From positions 5,453,186 through 5,517,185 of the forward strand of contig CM082589.2 in the NCBI GenBank assembly GCA_040954595.2: a stretch of 64,000 bases of DNA. Direction: 5' to 3'. The notes under the pieces are model-generated. The model was not told the DNA's origin and did no database searches. It saw only the letters and a list, made by a program, of their open reading frames with translations. Shown piece by piece: positions 25,901 to 40,900 of this stretch. Both the position numbers and the translations under genes were made by a program. Source of the DNA: Balanoglossus misakiensis. Lineage: Eukaryota > Animalia > Hemichordata. How positions within the stretch are numbered: the first letter of the stretch is position 1; each line of letters starts with the position of its first letter.

Positions 25901-28900
25901 AATTTACATTTCGCTGTGGATGATTGACTAGCAACCATGATTCAAACAGCTGTGTCGAACTTTGAAGACATAGGTTGCTTTTTGCCATTATATAGTGGAG
26001 AATTGGTCTTTAAGAACTAATAACACAAGGAGATATATCCAGAAATGGCTTAATCACAGGATATTGGTTTATTCATCTTTTTCGACAGGTTGTAACTGCC
26101 ATGGTCACACAGATGAGTGTGTATATGATGAAGAGGTGGCCAGACTGCATATCTCGCTTGATATCCATGGCAACTATGAAGGAGGTGGAGTTTGTCAAAA
26201 TTGCCAGGTAAGTTGTCATGGTCACAGTCAAGGATAGAAGTAATAGCTTAGTATGTCGGTCTGTTTTTTTTATGGCTCTAGTGAGGAGTTATGACCACTT
26301 TAGGTCTTACAACAATGAAAAATGGCAATATGGTTAACTTTTTTTATCTATTTTTCTTCAGCATAACACAGAAGGAATAAACTGTGAGAGATGCAAAGCT
26401 GGATACTACAGACCGAGGGGTGTATCAAGAGATAGTCCAAATGTCTGTCAACGTAAGTAAATTTCTCTCCCAGAGCCATGGTTGGAACTTGCTGTTGAGC
26501 GATGTTTTAAGAAGACAATTTCTTGTGAGGTGAGTTTACAGGAAGTCTGCAGTGAAATTGCAGAATGTTGATTAATTGCACAGTATTTATTCTTCTTTAC
26601 AGCGTGCGATTGTAATTTCTTCTACTCCACTGGATCCTGTGCTGAGGAGACAGGACAGTGTGAATGCAGACCGGAATATGCCGGTGTCAACTGTGATCGA
26701 TGTGCTGATGGTTACTATGGATACCCTACCTGTCGACGTAAGTTATGCCAAGTAATGGTATTTTAAGATGTGTACAATGTAATCATGTCTTTTTATAAGC
26801 CATTACCATTGTCATCAAAGTTTCCCAACCATGCAGTAAACACCATATCATTTGACTAATTACTGTACACATTATGTAATGTTGAATTTCAGCGTGTGAT
26901 TGCCATAGAAACGGAACCCAAGGTAGCGTGTGCCAGGTCGGAGGTGGTCAGTGTCCGTGCAAACCAAACTATGTTGGTCTGAATTGTGATCGATGCGCTG
27001 CTGGCTATTATAACTTCCCAGAATGCATTCGTAAGTAGAGAATAATCTGATATTCATCATGTTTTCCTCATAAAAGGGATTAACTCTGTATAAGGGAAAT
27101 ATCAGATAAAAGTTTTCATATTGACCAGGCGTGTCTATCTGTATTTCTTGCAGTTCATGATGTATGTACACTTAGTTATTTTAATATTTGTCTTCTTAGC
27201 ATGCTCTTGTGAGAGAGCTGGATCCAGAGACATGGTGTGTGACCCTGACTCAGGTCAATGTCAATGCCGGACCAATTATGCCGGAAGGGCCTGTCAGGAA
27301 TGCCAGGATGGTTTCTATAGTTACCCAGCTTGTCAAGGTATTTTGGTTTATTTGGCTATAATTTCACACTGTATAAGACATAGACATTGGTGAAAAAGGC
27401 AAATTTGTAAGTTCTTGCTGCTTAATTTTGTAAGACTTTAACTTTACTAGAATTGTAGACCGTTTTAAGTTTTCACATATAATCAAGCTCTGTCGCACAT
27501 AATTTCTTTTTTAGATTGCTACTGTGATAGATTTGGTACCACTGATGAAATCTGTGAGAAAAGCGATGGACGATGTATATGCAGGGACAGATTTGGTGGC
27601 CCTACATGCAATAGTTGTGATGTAGGCTATTATAATTATCCAAACTGTTACGGTAAGATACCTCTCATAATTAAAATATTTTTGCAATACAGAGTAATTT
27701 TCATACAGTAACTTTTTCGTACTATTTTGTGGTCGATTGGCTTTTGGAAAATGAATAGTTTACCAAGTGAAAATAAAAATTCTTTTTTATTTTTCAGAGT
27801 GTGGTTGTGAGACTGGGGCCGCTCACAGAGGTTGCTCCGATTCCGGACAGTGTCCATGTTTTCCCAATTTCAGCGGAAAGAAATGCGATGTCTGTGCCAC
27901 TGGACATTATAAATATCCAGAATGCCTGCGTGAGTTTTTCCCAACTGCTCTCTGCATGACCAGGACATGTATTAAAGTTTTCAAATTTTATATTATCACT
28001 GTTTGCTTTTGCTTTCAACAACTTGTAGATAAGAAAACAAAAAATCGGATCTCTGCCATCTTTCAGCTTGCAACTGTGACAGGAAAGGTTCTCGGAGCAT
28101 ATCTTGTGATCAGCTGACGGGTGAATGCAACTGCCGCAGTAATTTCCAAGGGTCTACCTGTAATGAGTGCGCTGAGGGGTTCTACAACTTTCCGGCTTGT
28201 GAAGGTAAGAGTGGATCTCAGAATTGTTCCAATAATTCAGATGTGTGGAGATTTTTCAACATATGAATAGATGGCAGCAGGCGAAAGCAGTGTCCCTTTA
28301 ATTTCAAAACTGTACCAAGTGCAAAACAGATAAATGGTGATTTTTTTGTTTGTTACAGAATGCAAATGTGATCCCGCTGGTGTGATTGTTGTACCTGGTG
28401 AACCTCTAGGGGGCTGCGGTGCAGCTACACAGGTAGATACAGAAATTCAAACTTTATTTCCAAAAATCATGCGAGACATTTTAACTATGATATAAGTAAG
28501 TGGGCTTTTAACTTGTTCCTGTCACACTCTACTCTCCCAATGAATTAAAAATGGAGGAACCTGTTTATCATGATTAATATTTCCTTGCTTTATCCATGTT
28601 CCAGGGCCTGTGTAGATGCAAAGACAAAGTGACCGGCAGGACATGTGATACCTGTGAACCTTTGTATTGGAATTTACAAATTAGCAACCCCGAGGGTTGT
28701 GAGGAGTGCTCATGCTATCGTCCCGGTACTGTGTCTGGTGTTGGAGTTTGTGAAGCTGTAAGTAACACAACTAATAATAGAAATTTTACATAGTGATTGT
28801 GCCATGGTCACATGACCATAGTTCTGGAATGCGCCCTCTACGGGCAGGTATTCACATAGACTTTTGTTTTTACAAAGTTTTTGAATACTATTTGTTGGCA

Positions 28901-31900
28901 AGAACAATAGCAATCAATCATACATTGATACCAGATTTCTGTTAAATTGAGAGAACCGCAATATTTTCTGCTCTGTAGAAAAATGGTCAGTGTATGTGTA
29001 AAGATATGGTGGAAGGAAGAAAATGTGATGAATGTGAAGATGGTTCATATAATTTACAAGACTCCAATGTATTTGGATGCCAAGGTAAGGAAATGGTGTT
29101 ATGCACTGAAGTCTGGGCCTGTATATTGTGTATTCATTGATGTATGGATTGTCAGAATTTTACTAAAAAATACACTGGAAACCATCTTTTTCAATAATGC
29201 CAGGTTGGAAAATCACTGTGAGCAAATTATCCAATTATCCAAGAACATGGGTTCAGTATCACGTTGGCTACATGTAGCAGATGCCAGCTTGTAAAATTTG
29301 TCACTTTTAATCATGAGAGGGTCACCCCCTGGACATTTTCCACTCAGACGTTTCCCTCCTACCATTTGAGGTTTTGGGTGTATAGAGTGCCGGGTGAGTG
29401 AATATACAGGGGGTGACTATCCTAGAACTAATTTCAAGCTGTTATTTTCATGAAATGATCTCTTGCCTACTTTCAGCTTGTGGCTGTGACGTTGGTGGCG
29501 CTAGCAATGAGATCTGTGACAAGACAACTGGCCAGTGTGTCTGTAAACCGAGGGTCAATGGACGAAAATGTGACTCGTAAGTGTAGTTTTGTGTTTGTGT
29601 GCTCACTGATGAATTAATCAATTGAGGGTTTGGTTATCCCCAGTTCCAAGGTTCACTTAGAGGATCTCTCTAATCAGCCTGCTGTCTTCGTGAGAAATAC
29701 CCTGCTGTCCAACTTTCAAACTCAGCTTACTTAACTAAAATAATTCGTTCCAGACCCCTGGATGTCCACTATTTCCCTGATCTGTATCACATAAGACACG
29801 AGGTAGAAGACGGACGTGCCCCAAGAAACAAACCAGTGCGCTTTGGTTTCAGTGAAGAAAATTTCCCTGGATATTCATGGAGAGGATATGCTATCATGTC
29901 ACCTCTTCAGGTATTGATTAATTGATTGATTGATTTATAATTCTTCTAGACCAATATTTTGGGCTATCTTCTTCCCTGAGACATCTCATCCCATGTCATA
30001 TATTTTTTTCAGCCCGAAGTGATTGTACCTGTAGACATAACTGATTCCAGCCTGTATCGCATTGTGATCCGTTACAACAGTCGGAATACCGAGCCAGTCA
30101 CTGGGTCCATCACAGTCTCACCACAAGTACAGTCTATAGGTAAGAAAAAGTTTGTTCTATTGCTAAGTCGTGGTATGTTTGACCATGTACTCATGAAATA
30201 CATTTTTAAGTACTGCAGGTAACTCACATGAGGAAATAATTGATCTACTGGACAATATGGGGTCAGATGTGTATTTTCACACAATTATTGTTTATGCGTC
30301 ACTTCACAGCTGGTGAACAGACCAGTTCTGTTGTATATAATCCGGGACCAAATCCCCAGTTTGTCACAGTCTCCGGGAATAACATCATCATGCCGTTTGT
30401 TATGGATCCTGGCAAATGGACCATCAGTCTGCAGGCACCGGACAACATCTTGCTGGTATGCATTTTTGATAATCTAGAATCTATCGTGTTCTGTTTATTG
30501 ATCGACATTGGTAAGATTCTCATGAATAAATTATTTGCTGAAATTTCGTGATTTTTCTTGGCAGGATTATTTTGTTTTGTTGCCGTCTGCTTACTATGAA
30601 GCTCCTGTTCTTCAAGAGAGAATCACAGATGCCTGTATTGCTGGAACTTATCAAGAAACGTAAGTTTAGATATCATCTTCTTTCAATCAAATCAAATGGT
30701 GATCACTGACTTAGCAGCTATATTTCATGTAGCATGAAATCATTCAACCAATTAGATGTTTACTGCCAACGTGACGCCTTAACGTCTGAGAAATCTGTGT
30801 CACCAAGAAGAATTACAAAAATTCGAATTACACACCTTTGAAGCTCACAAACTGACTTTCATTTCTCAGCTGCAACAAGTACACATTCCCTCGGCTGACA
30901 CTCTACCCAGTGGTTGAAGGTGAAGATGGCTACTTTTATGAGAATGGACGCAGTGTACCTACCAACACGTTCAGAGATAGAAGCATTTTGCATGATCTTG
31001 ATATCGACGGCATGGCTAAACTCAATAGAAACCAGGTGGGTTGGTTGTACTGTAGGTTCTCTTCATGTGGATTCTATTCTTTGATCATTTTTATGTGACA
31101 CTGTATATCTACTGTGTTTTTTAAATCCATGCAACATGATGAAATACCTAGTAATTTGCTGATATCAACACAGTTTATGTGTGTTCAGTGAGCACTACTG
31201 TAATTGTTGACAATTTAATTTATGTCCGGACTAGAAATCATTTGTCCACAATAATAATGGCTGTTGCACATACACATATAAGGATATTTCACAAGAAGAA
31301 TATTGGGAAGTTTAGCATGCTTTAGGGAGCAGAAGATTGTGTGCCTTGATCACAAATTGCTGTATATCCATGCACTTAATATGAAGCCACTTTTAAATTT
31401 AAGCACTGCCTGAAATAATTAATCTTCACAAATCTATCCCCTTACAGCCATCACTGGGAGTATCTGTGCCGGTACCAAGACCTGGGAAGTATGCCGTGGT
31501 CATCCAGTATTACGGTGGCGGTGACGGCGAGACCAGCCGTCTTGCTGTGGATGTACAGGGATCTGATGAGCGCCAGGATGGAATCGCAGCCATTCCCGTC
31601 TGCTCAAATTTGTAAGTTGGCAAAAAAGTGTCTCTTTGCCAAGAATGTGAAATTGTCTTGCTGAAATCATGGCTGAATTATATTGGTCAACAACATGTTT
31701 TTTTCAAAATCTGGTTGCTTCTGATATTTCCTATGAAGTTCTTTCTGGTAAATATGGTCTTGATATTACCACAGTAAATTACCACTGCACTCTACCTATT
31801 CTCTTTTCTCACTACATGTACACACGTTGATTTGCCAACATTGATATCAAGATGGCAGACCTGTACCAATGCGAATGCCAGGCTGTAAGGTCACACAGTG

Positions 31901-34900
31901 GTCGATCACATAAAATGGTTTACACATGTCTACTTTTTCTGCTTCCAGGTGTCGAACAGTTGTCCTGGATAGAGACAGCAGAGTTGCTCAGTTTGACATA
32001 CAGCAGAGCGTGGTCAGCATCTACATCACACAAGAGGGACGACCGTTTGATCTGGGAATTGTAAGTTTTCTCGAAAGTCCTATACCAGCTGATTATTCAT
32101 ACTTGTTAGTGGATGCTCCCACTGAATACTGCAGTCGAACGAAAGAGTGAAATATTGTCGCAAACTAATCCGTTGTTATATTTTGATGACATCTTTCAGG
32201 ATTCCATTTCTTTGATACCGATTGAAGACTTTGACATGGACTATGTGACACCGGCATATGAATGTACTCAGAAGAAACCGAGTGATGAGTAAGTCACAGT
32301 GCCTCGTCTGTATACAGCAGTTTAAAGGCCCATGTTTTTTGATGTAGTACATATTACCATTCAAATACATGACTGGTTAAGTGCAATGTTTGCACAGACA
32401 TGTATGCTGAGTCTCTTGCGAACCTTAATGCCTATGATAAAATGTGGGAATCAACACATGCTGTTTCTGATCTTCACTTCTACAGATGTGTAGGTTCGCC
32501 CTACCTGACACCGCCCGGAACACAGAAGTGGGAAGTAGAAAGCAACGCGTATGAACCGTCACATTCCACGGGACGCGGTGTACTCGGAGAGAACATCACC
32601 CCTAATGTCGATGACCCTAATACAGCGTTGTACACCTTAGATGGGACAGGAGATGTGGTGAGCATAGATCAGTGATGTGAGGTTTCTTTATAGACAGCCA
32701 AGAATCTCACTGACAATTTTACACGTCATATACCATTGAAGACACAACACTTCGACTTCTGATTATCACTATATTGCTTTCTGTGTGTGTTCTATCTACA
32801 GAACTATGTGAATTTTATGATGCACAAATTTGAATTCCTCTCATATTCTCTCAATGATTTGAACATTTGTGAATTTCGTGTTCTTTTATAATTGTTTCTT
32901 GACAGACCACAGTTGAGTTGCGCGATATTCTGCCAGACGATGGCCGTTACGTGTTCGTTGTTCATTACTATCAGCCAGAAACGGTTTCATACGATGCTGA
33001 GTTTGTCATCAGAGGAACACCAAGCTACAGTGGTAAGAAAACATTTTGATGTGTCACATTTATGTTATTTATCTCACATTTATATGTGATTCCATAGAAA
33101 TCTTGCAAACAAGCTGCATCATTCCTCCGTATTGCTATTTGTATAGAACCACATGACCAATCAAATTGCCTCTTGCAGGTACATTTGAGGCCAATTTCTG
33201 TCCCCATGTATCTGGCTGTCGGTCAGTGGTGACTTCAAGTGATGGAAATCCGGTCTTTGAAATTAATCCACTATCAAGGGATGTTGTCATCACGATACCA
33301 GATGATAAGAGTTTGTGGTTGGTAAGTTTCAAAATTTCAACAGAAAAATACATTGGCAAGTATTGTAAGCAATTCATAAATATTGTCTTTTATTTCTTTC
33401 AAGTAGCCCCTTGATTTAAAATTTTATTGTCAACATTTGATTTTTTTTTCGGCTGTGGGCATCAGATTCATATACAGCAAAGGTGGTGTTGTAATTTTGA
33501 CATTTCAATTTCAATTTCCTATTTCCAGGATTACATATTGGCCATTCCGGAAGATGCTTACTCTCCGGATGTACTGGAAACCCAACCAATAGATCGTGCG
33601 GGAGAGTTTATCAAGGAATGTGGACAAGATGATTTCTATATCAGGTTTGTGTAATGTTTATACAAAAGTTTTACTAGTATATATGGTATGCCGTTGGACA
33701 TAGGAGAGAAAATAAAGCTCCTCACTCAGAGAGCACAGCTATTCTCACTTTTTATTGTTTTATGTCGACAGCCCTGATTCCTCAGGATTTTGTCGTGACG
33801 GTGTGTTCTCCCTGACCACTGATTACAACAACGGAGCCCTGCCCTGTGAGTGCAGCTTCACGGGATCGACCAGCTTCTCTTGCGAGGAATTCGGTGGCCA
33901 GTGTCCGTGCAGACCCAACATCATCGGACGTACCTGCGACCGTTGCAAGACGGGTTTCTATGGCTTCCCTAACTGCAAACGTAAGATTCTTGTACATGAT
34001 GTATATTATAAACGTAGTCTCAAAGGTTATGTGCTAGCTCTCATGGTACATTGTTGAAAGTACCCTAGCTGACACCTACTTCTTGAACAGAAAAACTGTC
34101 TTTGAAGTTAAAAACAGGTGTCCGCAATACCCTTTTGTCTTTAAAAATCTCTCCTTTAAGTATTTACCCATTCACCACCATGGTTCATCCCAAACCCATT
34201 GTTTTCTGTGGTAAGTCTGGATCTCTATAGAGGGAACTGGGGGTGAAAGGGTTACTGCATGGAGATGTGTACTGAGTAAAGAGGGTGTCACTTATTCTGA
34301 GAAGTCTAGCTATATTGGTACCCCCATTAACACACCAACCACCTCAAACACTTATCATTTTGGTTTTTCTTTACACAGCATGTAGTTGTGTGACTGGCAT
34401 CTGTGAAGAAACAACTGGCGAATGTATCTGTCCACCTAACGTTGGAGGTCCTCACTGTGACCAGTGTCTGCCACAGACGTTTGGATATGATCCGTTCATT
34501 GGCTGTGAGGTGGGGAACAGTAAATATCACATGACAGGGCAGGGCAATATCATAATTTGTAACCTGCATGACGGATGATGTTGTAGTAAATCTAATCTCT
34601 GGCTCGTAAGAATACCATAGATAAAAATGAATGCTTTTACAGTAAATGTGATTGGTAGCAAGTGGAAAAATGAAGTGTTATCAATGTTTTGTATTATGTA
34701 TTTCAGACATGTGACTGCAATCAGGATGGAGTTGCTGGTGGCAGTAGAGACTGTGATCTGGTCACAGGACAGTGCAGGTATGTACATGTACATAATAGAA
34801 ATGTATATTGCTGTTGAAAAAAATTCAATATGAAAACACTTCCCATGATTAGTAAAACTGAGCACTTTGGCAAAAATAAATTGACATATTTAATAATAAA

Positions 34901-37900
34901 TTTGAATTCACAAAGAAACATCTAGATAGACCTGAATGAAAATTAACACTTGCATAATGTTCTAATCACAGTTGTCGAGAAAATATCGCCGGTCGAAAAT
35001 GTGACATGTGTGCACCCGGATATTTCAACTATCCAAGATGTCTGCCATGTGATTGTGACGAGAGGGGAACAACGGGAGATGTGTGTGACCAGGCGACTTC
35101 TAGGTGCCTTTGTAAAGTGAGTCATCTCTGTTTTCAAAGTCAAGGTCGCCATCATTTAAAATTATTCAGTATATTTTAAGTTATCAGTATTATGCACACA
35201 TTTTGTCCTAGCCTCATTCCTGCAGTGTTTTTATATACAATTAATCGTACGATACATATTTACTCCAACAGGACAATGTGGAGGGCCCAAGATGCAACCA
35301 GTGCAAAGATGGCACTTTCTCCTTGGAAGGAAGAAACCCTCTCGGCTGCACTAGCTGTTTCTGTTTTGGTGCGACTAGAAATTGTGAGAGTTCAGAAAGA
35401 CGCTGGAGCAAGGTAAGCTCATGTTTGCAAAGATCCAAGGGAATATGTATGTGTGTGCAGTCGGGAATGTGGTACAAGCACAGTAGACAGGGGGAATCAA
35501 ACCTGCCTCTAATATTTGTATATTTTTATGCAGGGATATATTAAAACATGGCTAAAGTTTTTAACATTTTCAACAGGGATTTTATAAAGACAGTTTGAAG
35601 TTTTTTAATTCCCAAAGTCAGTGAATGAATTTCTTGTGTATTTCACAGGTTAACACTATGGATGGGTGGAGTGTAACTAACTTTCAAAGCGGTCGAGTCG
35701 AGCCCACTGGCAGCAATACTGTCTCTCTTAATGTGAGAGGAACGGGCGATGATCCATTGCAAGCTATCTACTGGGTTGCACCAGATGACTTCCTAGGAAA
35801 CAAGGCAAGTAGGAAAAAACATTGAAATTAATTTATTTTCCTGTCCTTAAATAATGCATCAAGTCAAATGAAAGACCTCACTGTTTGTGGACACTTTAAG
35901 ACAGTATTTTACTTTGGCATATTGCAAATTATTCAAACAGCTGTAAGAAAATAAAAGCTTAAATAGTGTGTTTACCAACTTTATTTGTTGTGGCGAAATC
36001 TGACTACCAGTAGTTACATGTATAAGCGAGATGTTTGATTTTTTTCAGATCACATCGTATGGTGGGGTATTAGAATACACAGTGTTATACCGCATTGACA
36101 GAAGAGGTGATGTTGATCCACCAGCCCTGCGAAGACCAGATCTCATTCTGGCTGTAAGTTGTCAAATACAATGTAATCTGTATCTGCCATTCATTAAGTT
36201 GATGACATGGGTATCAACGGTGGTTTCGTGTTCTACTCTGTGAAACATGATTTCGACAGTGGGACGGTAAAAGTAAATAGTTTCTACATCGCAAAATGCA
36301 TGACAATGCATATTGGTGCCACTCAAATTCTCAGGTACATGTAACTATAGGCCATGTGTAATAACTTTCTTTTCCCAGAACCTTTGTTACTCAGCTCATG
36401 AAACTTACACAAATAGAAATTCCTGATAAGTAGTATACTGATCTCTGAGGTCATTTTGTTCTTCTGACAGGGTAACAACATTGAACTGGTGTATTCGGCC
36501 CCCAGCCAACCTGTTGCAGATTTCCCAATGACTGTGAGGGTCGATATGCTGGAGGTAAGTGTCCAGGAACTGATTGAGTGATGTACTGTTGATTATTCAA
36601 CCCTTTCACCACCATGGTTTTTTTGAAATCCATTCTTTGGTGTATATGGACCTCTGTGCTGTGAATGGTTTTAACCTTGTTGCACTATGACATCTAAATC
36701 TTTGCTTTGATTGATGTCTTCTCCACAGAGTAGTTTCATGCACAGCATTGGAAGCGGTCAAGTCAGCCGGGAGGACTTGATGGTGGCGTTGGCTGGCCTG
36801 GACAAACTCCACATCAGAGCTCAGTATAAAACAGAAATAAAAGATACTAGGTACGCCGTCAACAGATATTCGCTTTATTAAAATACATAAATCATATCAA
36901 AGTTGCAATCTCTCACTTCAGTATTGCCTATGGTCCCCGACCTTGGTCCAACAATAATTATTGTTAATTAAGTTCTCATTTTCTTGTATCTTTAGTTTGA
37001 GTTCTGTATCATTGGCGCTTGCTAAAAAGAAGCGAAGTGGGGACCCAGCAGAGACTGTGGAGGAATGTGCTTGTCCACCTAGCAACACTGGTCTGTCTTG
37101 TGAGGTGAGTAGGTTTATATATAGAGAGAGAGAGAGTGAGAGAAGAAATGTTCCTTCAAATGAATCACAATGCCCCCAATGTCATTGTACCGGCATAAGA
37201 GTGCATTATTAGAGTATGAGAATGACATTGGATTTGATGAATCTGTTTCTCTGCTAGGAATGTGGAGTTGGCTATCACAGGACTGGTACTGGAGCATATC
37301 TTGGCTTGTGTATTCCGTGCGACTGTCATGGACACTCCAATCAGTGTGATCCCAATACAGGAGAGTGTTCGGTAAGTAACAGTTGGTTGCTATATTTGCG
37401 ACAAATGATCAAATTTTGAATTCCAGGGATATGGAGATCATATGAGTCAAAATTATTTTTGTTAATTTTGTAAACACTGGTTTCTTGTATTTTGTTTGCA
37501 GGATTGCTTGGACGATACAATGGGTGACCATTGTGAGCTGTGTAGGCCTGGCTATGTCGGTGATGCAACGCGGGGAAACCCTGATGATTGCAAGATCTGC
37601 TCATGTCCATATGCTATAGACTCAAACAAGTGAGTGTTCATTCATTCATTGATTTATTCATTTGTTCATTCGTTCGTTCATTCATTCACTCATTCATTTA
37701 TTATTTTATTCATTCATTCATTATTTTATTCATTCATTCAGTCAGTCAGTCAGTCATTCTTTCTGTCATTAATCATTCATTTATTCATTTATTTATTTAT
37801 TCCTTTATTCATTCATTCATCCATCCATTCATTCATTCATTCATTCATCCATTCTTCCATTCATTCATTCATTCATTCATTCATTCATTCATTCATCCAT

Positions 37901-40900
37901 TCTTCCATTCATTCATTCATTCATCCATTCATTCATTCATTCATTCAGACATTCATTCATTCACTGAATGCTTTTGAAAAATTTTACTGTATTTCTTTTC
38001 AGCTTTGCGTCTTCATGTCGACTTGGTTCGAATGGTGACACCATATCGTGTGACTGTCTGCCTGGTTACACAGGAGCACGATGCGACAGGTGTGAAGACG
38101 GTTACTTTGGCAACCCTATTGCCATTGGCGGGCGCTGCGAGCCCTGTGATTGTCATGGCAACGTCGATCCTGGCTACAGTGGTCCCATGTGTGACCCCCT
38201 GCAGGGGAACTGCTTGAGATGTCGTCCGGGAACAGCTGGTGAAAACTGTGAGCGCTGCGCCGATGGTTACTATGGCGATGCAATCTTTGCCAAGGAGTGC
38301 AGAGGTTGGTTCAAACACAAAAATATTGTTTTGATGTTTGGAAAGTTTGTTGGTCATTTTTGAAGAAGCCACGATTATTTTTAAATAAGGACTATATTAA
38401 AGTATACTTGTCTGATAAAATAGAATTTTAAAAAGCATCACAGAGAATTACAGTTTTCTGAAGTACAAAGCTGCAATTCCCCCATAAAATTTTGTCTTTA
38501 TAACCATACAAATTTCAGTCTTCCACCGAGTGTGTACAGGTCATATCATCACCATACTTGTGACTAAAAGTGTGGCCATCAGTTTAATACATATTCTCTA
38601 CATCATATTGCAAAATGCTATTTCTCATAAAATTCACGCGGAATTTGCAATTTTATTTCCCAGAGTGTGAGTGCCATGCATGTGGTACTGAGCAGTGCGA
38701 CTCGGCTACTGGAGTGTGTATATGTCGACTTGGTGTTGCTGGCCGACGATGCAATCAATGTCTGGTAAGTGGAACTGATTCAGTCAGATTTTTGGCAGTG
38801 AACACAGAATTTTTACATACATGACGCTCCCATCACCCCTGTTTGCTTGAATGTGGATTCAGCCATAAAGATATGAAGACAATCAAACATGACTATTTTC
38901 CGTGCCCCTCCCTCCAGCCCAACTTCTTTGGATTCGACACCTGCCAAGGCTGCCAGCCATGCGGGTGTGGCATAGCTTCCAGAAGACCGCAATGCGACGA
39001 TGACACAGGACAGTGTGAATGCATGCCGGGTGTTGGTGGCAGGCAGTGTCAGGAGTGTCTCCCTGGTTACTGGAGTTACGGTCCAAACGGGTGTCAGAGT
39101 AAGTACTGTAACTCAAGAGTTAGGTCAAAGGTTATGAATTAGAAAGGGACGTACGACATTTCTCAATCCCCGTTTCTCACATATTATATCGACTCACTAA
39201 AAAAATCATAAAATATTCTTTAAATTTGAAGTCATTGTCCCCAATACATTCTTATCGATGTCATTTACACAGTGGCATTCCTGTGATTTTATCTGAAGTA
39301 TAAAATAACCAAACAAATATATCGGTACTTTTATTACCCAGAATGCAACTGTGGGGACAACCTACTCTGTCGCCAGGATACCGGACAATGCATCTGTCTC
39401 CCGGGCGCCATGGGACCCATGTGTGATATTTGTGAAGAGAAGTATGTCCTCACAGAATTTGGATGTCAGCGTAAGTATTGAACTACATGTATGTTAGTAT
39501 ATTGCGTTGGGGGTGGAGGTTCATTTGGTAGTGAAAGGGTTGATTCATCCATCACATATTATTTCTTTTAACAGCGTGTGATGATTGCGTAGTGGTACTC
39601 TTGGATGACATGGAGGTGATGGATAGTAATATTACAGACGCGATCGACAGCATCAAAGATCTGTCTGTTGGTCTGGAAGCATACAGGAGACTGCAACAAA
39701 TTAATGACACGACATGGCAACTCAAGGTGAGTGTCAAGACACACTTTTCATAACTCTAGTGCCTTCACGCGGCCATCATGAGTTTGAACTCAAAGCGAGG
39801 CCCCTGGGGAATAGTTTGACCAATCACTTTCATGGTACTTTCCTCATTGGCCTTGCTTTGAGTTCAGATTCATGATTGCTAGCTGTGTTAAGGTGCTAGA
39901 CTTGCAAAAAGGGTGTACATGTACTAAATGCCATGAAAACTCTACATTGATGTCAAATATCCATCCGTGGTTTCATTTGCCATTGTCCGTTTTGTTTTTA
40001 TGCAGTTTGAATTTTTTGTCTTTTTTCCTCTCTCTGCAGAACCAGCTACCAGATCTGAAAGATCGCTACACTGGTAATTTGCAGCCCATCTTGGATGAAC
40101 TTGACAGTCTCAAGAGAACGGCCGACGAATTAGAAGAAAGGGTGAGTAATCGAAAGATTAATTTGCGCACAAACATGAATCCAAAGTGAAGTGTCTGGAG
40201 CCAATAGTTCTGATACTGGCATGAATGTGAAGCCAATATATGTTTGAAATCTCTTGAAAGTGCAAATATGGTTTAATCCAGTTGAACTTGTGTAACTTAC
40301 TTACGAGAAAGACAAGTGAAAAGAAATTTGGCAGCATATGCAGTCAGTGAACTATCGATGTAACTGAAGTGTTTAACTATTAACGGCCGACAAAAGTTAA
40401 CAGTTTTTGCATTTAACTTCAGTGCACGAACCGGAACATTTACCTGTGTGGCCTTTGGCATGACATAAATGTTTGTGGTTTCTTTTCTCATTTAGTCCGA
40501 AAAATCCAAGAAGAATGGAGGGACATCTGCTGATGATGCAGCCGAGACTGAGGAGAGAGCTCTAGAGGTCGAGAAATTGGTCGAAGATGCTGCCGATAGA
40601 GTCAAAGGTCTGCCAACTATTTTCAAGATAAATCTTATTCTCTTTGGTATTTACAGCTTGTATTATACAATGAAGCCTGTCTAAACCAGTCTAATATTAT
40701 CTGGATACCTGTCTATACTGTCGTGGCATGTGTCTAATGACTTTCAATGTTACCTTGTTCAGATATTGTGGATGGTGTCATTGAGACAGCTGACAGGATC
40801 GGTCAAAACGGGGATGAAAACACCCGAGGTCTCTTGAAGAAAGCCAAGAAGATCGTTCGTGAAATTGACGACCGTGATTTCACTGACCCCTATAATGCCG

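Noticed and set aside
37588-38038. ORFs with FIHS/IHSF repeats
   Set aside because: They are translations of an intronic (TTCA)n microsatellite.
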